Positions 61,277-64,000 of a stretch of DNA of 64,000 nt are shown piece after piece; position 1 is the first letter of the stretch, and every line of letters starts with the position of its first letter. The position numbers and the translations under genes are program-made. The notes beneath the pieces were generated by a model. It was not told the origin of the DNA. It was given only the letters and a program-made list of their open reading frames with translations, and made no database searches. This DNA is from Utricularia gibba (taxonomy: Eukaryota; Plantae; Magnoliophyta). Location: contig NEEC01000002.1 in NCBI GenBank assembly GCA_002189035.1, positions 4,588,001-4,652,000 on the forward strand. Direction: 5' to 3'.

Positions 61277-62445
61277 TGATAAACGAAAAATTATGCAATG
61301 TCGTTAAATGCAAATTTTCCTATCAAATAAATTTATAACCTAATACACATTAAAACATAATACAATTATGAGCATAATGATTAGGGTCGAACACGAAGAG
61401 CAAGTGCTTGCTATGTGAAAGTTGATGCATGAAACTAGTGTCACGTTGGTAAAATTGGTCTTAGCTAGGACTAAGGCAGAACTAAAACGACATATAGTAA
61501 AGAAAAGTAATAAGTTCTAGAGTTCGGTTGTTTCTAGAATGGAATGGGTGATGCCTTGGGACTCCTAAGGGATGTATGCTCATCACTAAACAAACTCACA
61601 CAAACCACAAATCATACAACTAACTCACAAGATCTAGGTCTACCCGGATTCTTTTTTTTCCCCCTAAACTTTGGTCTACCTCTAATTAGGGTTGTTAAGT
61701 TGGGTTTCACTACTTCCCCCTCCTGAATCTATCTTGGTTTGTTAAGGAAGTGGCGTGACTCATGGTTGTTTAGATCTAAAGGTTGATTAACATGTTTCTC
61801 CCCTTTTTACCCCAAGGCACCCCCCTAAGTACTTTGCCACTCATGCTTAAGGTAAACGAAAGTGGAAAAGAAAACATCACCCACAGTGTGCTCATTTCAC
61901 AGTCAAATACCAGAAAGCAAATAAGCAAGTAATGTGAAGTGTCAACAAAAACTGAAAAACGTCACTAGCTACTCTTAGCTAGGAGTAATGTTCTTCGAAG
62001 ACAGAAAATAATCTTGAACTTCAGCTTCGTTCCTGTTTGTCTTCCTTCTTCTTCCTCCCCAGAAAACCTTTCCAAAAAATGTGTTCATGAGTCTCCAAGG
62101 GGAGATCTGCCTTCTCTCCCTACCTTTCTTCCTTTTTGTCCAAAATCTTTCTTTTTCACCTCCTTGGACTTTGTGTGTACTCTTTTTCAGTCTTCTGTCA
62201 CCTTTTCTGCTACCACACTATTCATATTCGGTTCCTTCGGGTTTGTGTTGCGACCTATGCTGCATTGCTCGAAGGGAACTGTTAGAAGGTTGGGACTAAA
62301 TCACAGATTTAGTCCCAACTAAGACTAAAAGTGCACTCCTACGGTACTTATATGCAAAAATATAGAAACAGCAATTAAACTTAATTTTTGTAGCACAAAA
62401 TGAGTAAATTCCATGCATTGAGCCACTCAAAAATATGTGTTATCG
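61277..62445 (-). mobile_element. Athila solo LTR (1169 bp) with a perfect TSD
   Basis: TSD GTTAG at 61272-61276 and 62446-62450. Confidence 0.92.
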
Positions 62446-63080
62446 GTTAGTCAAATAAGTGCATATTTAAATAAAAAACACATAAAAGAATCTCAGAACC
62501 CATGATCCCACTTGCGCTTGACCAAATTTGATCGTTTCAACTCCGAAACCTTCCACAATATCTTTACATTGCTCCTGAAGAAAATCAAGATTTTAGGACA
62601 CTTAATCAACTTACCACAAATTTATTCCCACAACCACGCAGACTACTCATCCTTCTATTCCAACTTGGTGTTCCTATGTTTCCTTTGATTTGGGGGACTT
62701 ACAAATGCTTCAAAGCTTAATTTTCATCCTTACACCACTGCAAGTAATCCTTATCCTCAATACCATGGTGTCTTAATTCTCTTGTGCCACCTTGAGCAAT
62801 GCCATTGGCTCAAAAGGTGGTTACCACATTGCTACAACCATTTTCATGTTTTCTATTTCCTTGTTCCCTCCTTTTTTGTATAAATTTCGGACGAAATGTT
62901 GGTGCCTCACATCCTCCCCTCCTCAGAATATGCTTCATTTTGAACCATGATGTATGAATTCAGGATATTGTTGAATCAAATCAGATTCCAACTCCCAAGT
63001 ACTCTCATCTTTGCTATGATTGCTGCATTGCACATTAATCATTGGAATAACTTTGTTTCTCAATTTCCTTTCTTGTGTAT

Positions 63081-64000
63081 TGATAACACTATTTTTATTG
63101 TGTTTTTACATGTGTTTTTAGGTGTGTTTTGTAGGGTTAAATGTTGTTTAGTGTGCTACATTGTCTTCTTTTGTGTATTTAGTTTGTTGAAGTGTGCTTA
63201 TTATGAAAAGAGGCTTAATTGGCAACAATTGAACAAAAAACGCTAATATTTCCTCTAGTCTGTATATAAATCTTACTATGGTAAGAGCTAGTACTGTAGC
63301 AATGCATTTTCCGCATTGACAAGTCAAAAGAGACAAAAAGCTATGCAGAAGTCACTTTTCGATGAAAGTAGCTGCTTTTCTGAAAAGATAAGATCTAGAA
63401 CAGAGATCTTCCTTCTAGAAGCCAATAAAAAACAACAGAGATACTCTTACTTTGAGCGGGAAAAGGAAAGAGGAAGGGAGAGAGAAAAGAGAATAGTAGT
63501 GAGGAGGAGAGTGAAGGAGAATGTTGGTTCTCCGATGAAGAGCTCTAGCCAGCATCAGATCTAAGTCTCTAGACCATGTTTTCGCCCTGAACTTTCATTT
63601 TCAAAAAATCTATAGCCCACAAAAGCAGCCTGATACTTTTATTTGCGTTTTCTTGCACTTTAACTGTTGTTGATCTTACTACTTTTACTTTCTTTGTTTT
63701 CATGCTTTCTGTTACGTTCTGGTGCCTTGTTGTGAACGAGAAGTCCCCTGTAGACCTTATTTCAGCTTATGAACATGTTCCTGTTTAAGCCCTTCATGCT
63801 TTCTTTTAACTTTAACATGTTATTTAATGTTCCCGCAACTATTTGCTCTGTTTTTAAGCATGTTAAAGTTGGGTTTAAGCCTATGAGTTCTCTTGAGTGA
63901 TACAAGAGTTAGACCTTGGTGTAAAACCCAGCCGAGACACCCTTACTTTATATTTTCAACACATCCTTGTTATTTTACGCGCTTGTTCACCCTTGCAACT
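63081..64000 (+). mobile_element. Athila-like LTR running off the window end
   Basis: Starts TGATAACAC. Homologous to the reverse complement of 53700-54183. Confidence 0.8.

Noticed and set aside
62880-62930. Possible Tekay PPT and LTR start on the minus strand
   Set aside because: Too short and degenerate, with no adjoining pol or second LTR.
1-64000. CRISPR arrays, rRNA or tRNA genes, organellar inserts, and most short ORFs in the track
   Set aside because: No regularly spaced repeat-spacer arrays or structural-RNA signatures were seen. The short ORFs are mostly antisense or off-frame shadows of TE sequence.

Overview
Plant (most likely eudicot) nuclear DNA. Most of the window is nested, decayed LTR retrotransposons: CRM/centromeric and Tekay chromoviruses, Athila, a Tat element with an archaeal-type RNase H and an antisense ORF, two related Ty1/copia elements, and at least five Angela-type LTR copies or fragments. 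One host gene sits in an AT-rich island (about 39-48 kb): a minus-strand SBP-box (SPL2/10/11-like) transcription factor with a miR156 target site. No TE copy is intact. No rRNA, tRNA or CRISPR was seen. The most notable observations are: (1) a back-to-back pair of ~97% identical CRM LTRs forming a ~413-bp inverted repeat, one arm fused to a divergent gag; (2) an apparent 1-nt frameshift in SPL exon 3 that an alternative splice acceptor would rescue; (3) repair-type junctions, namely a 78-bp templated filler and a 45-bp flanking duplication; (4) an unclassified ~2.1-kb repeat family. All calls come from manual reading and alignment, with no database searches, and TE boundaries without terminal motifs are approximate.
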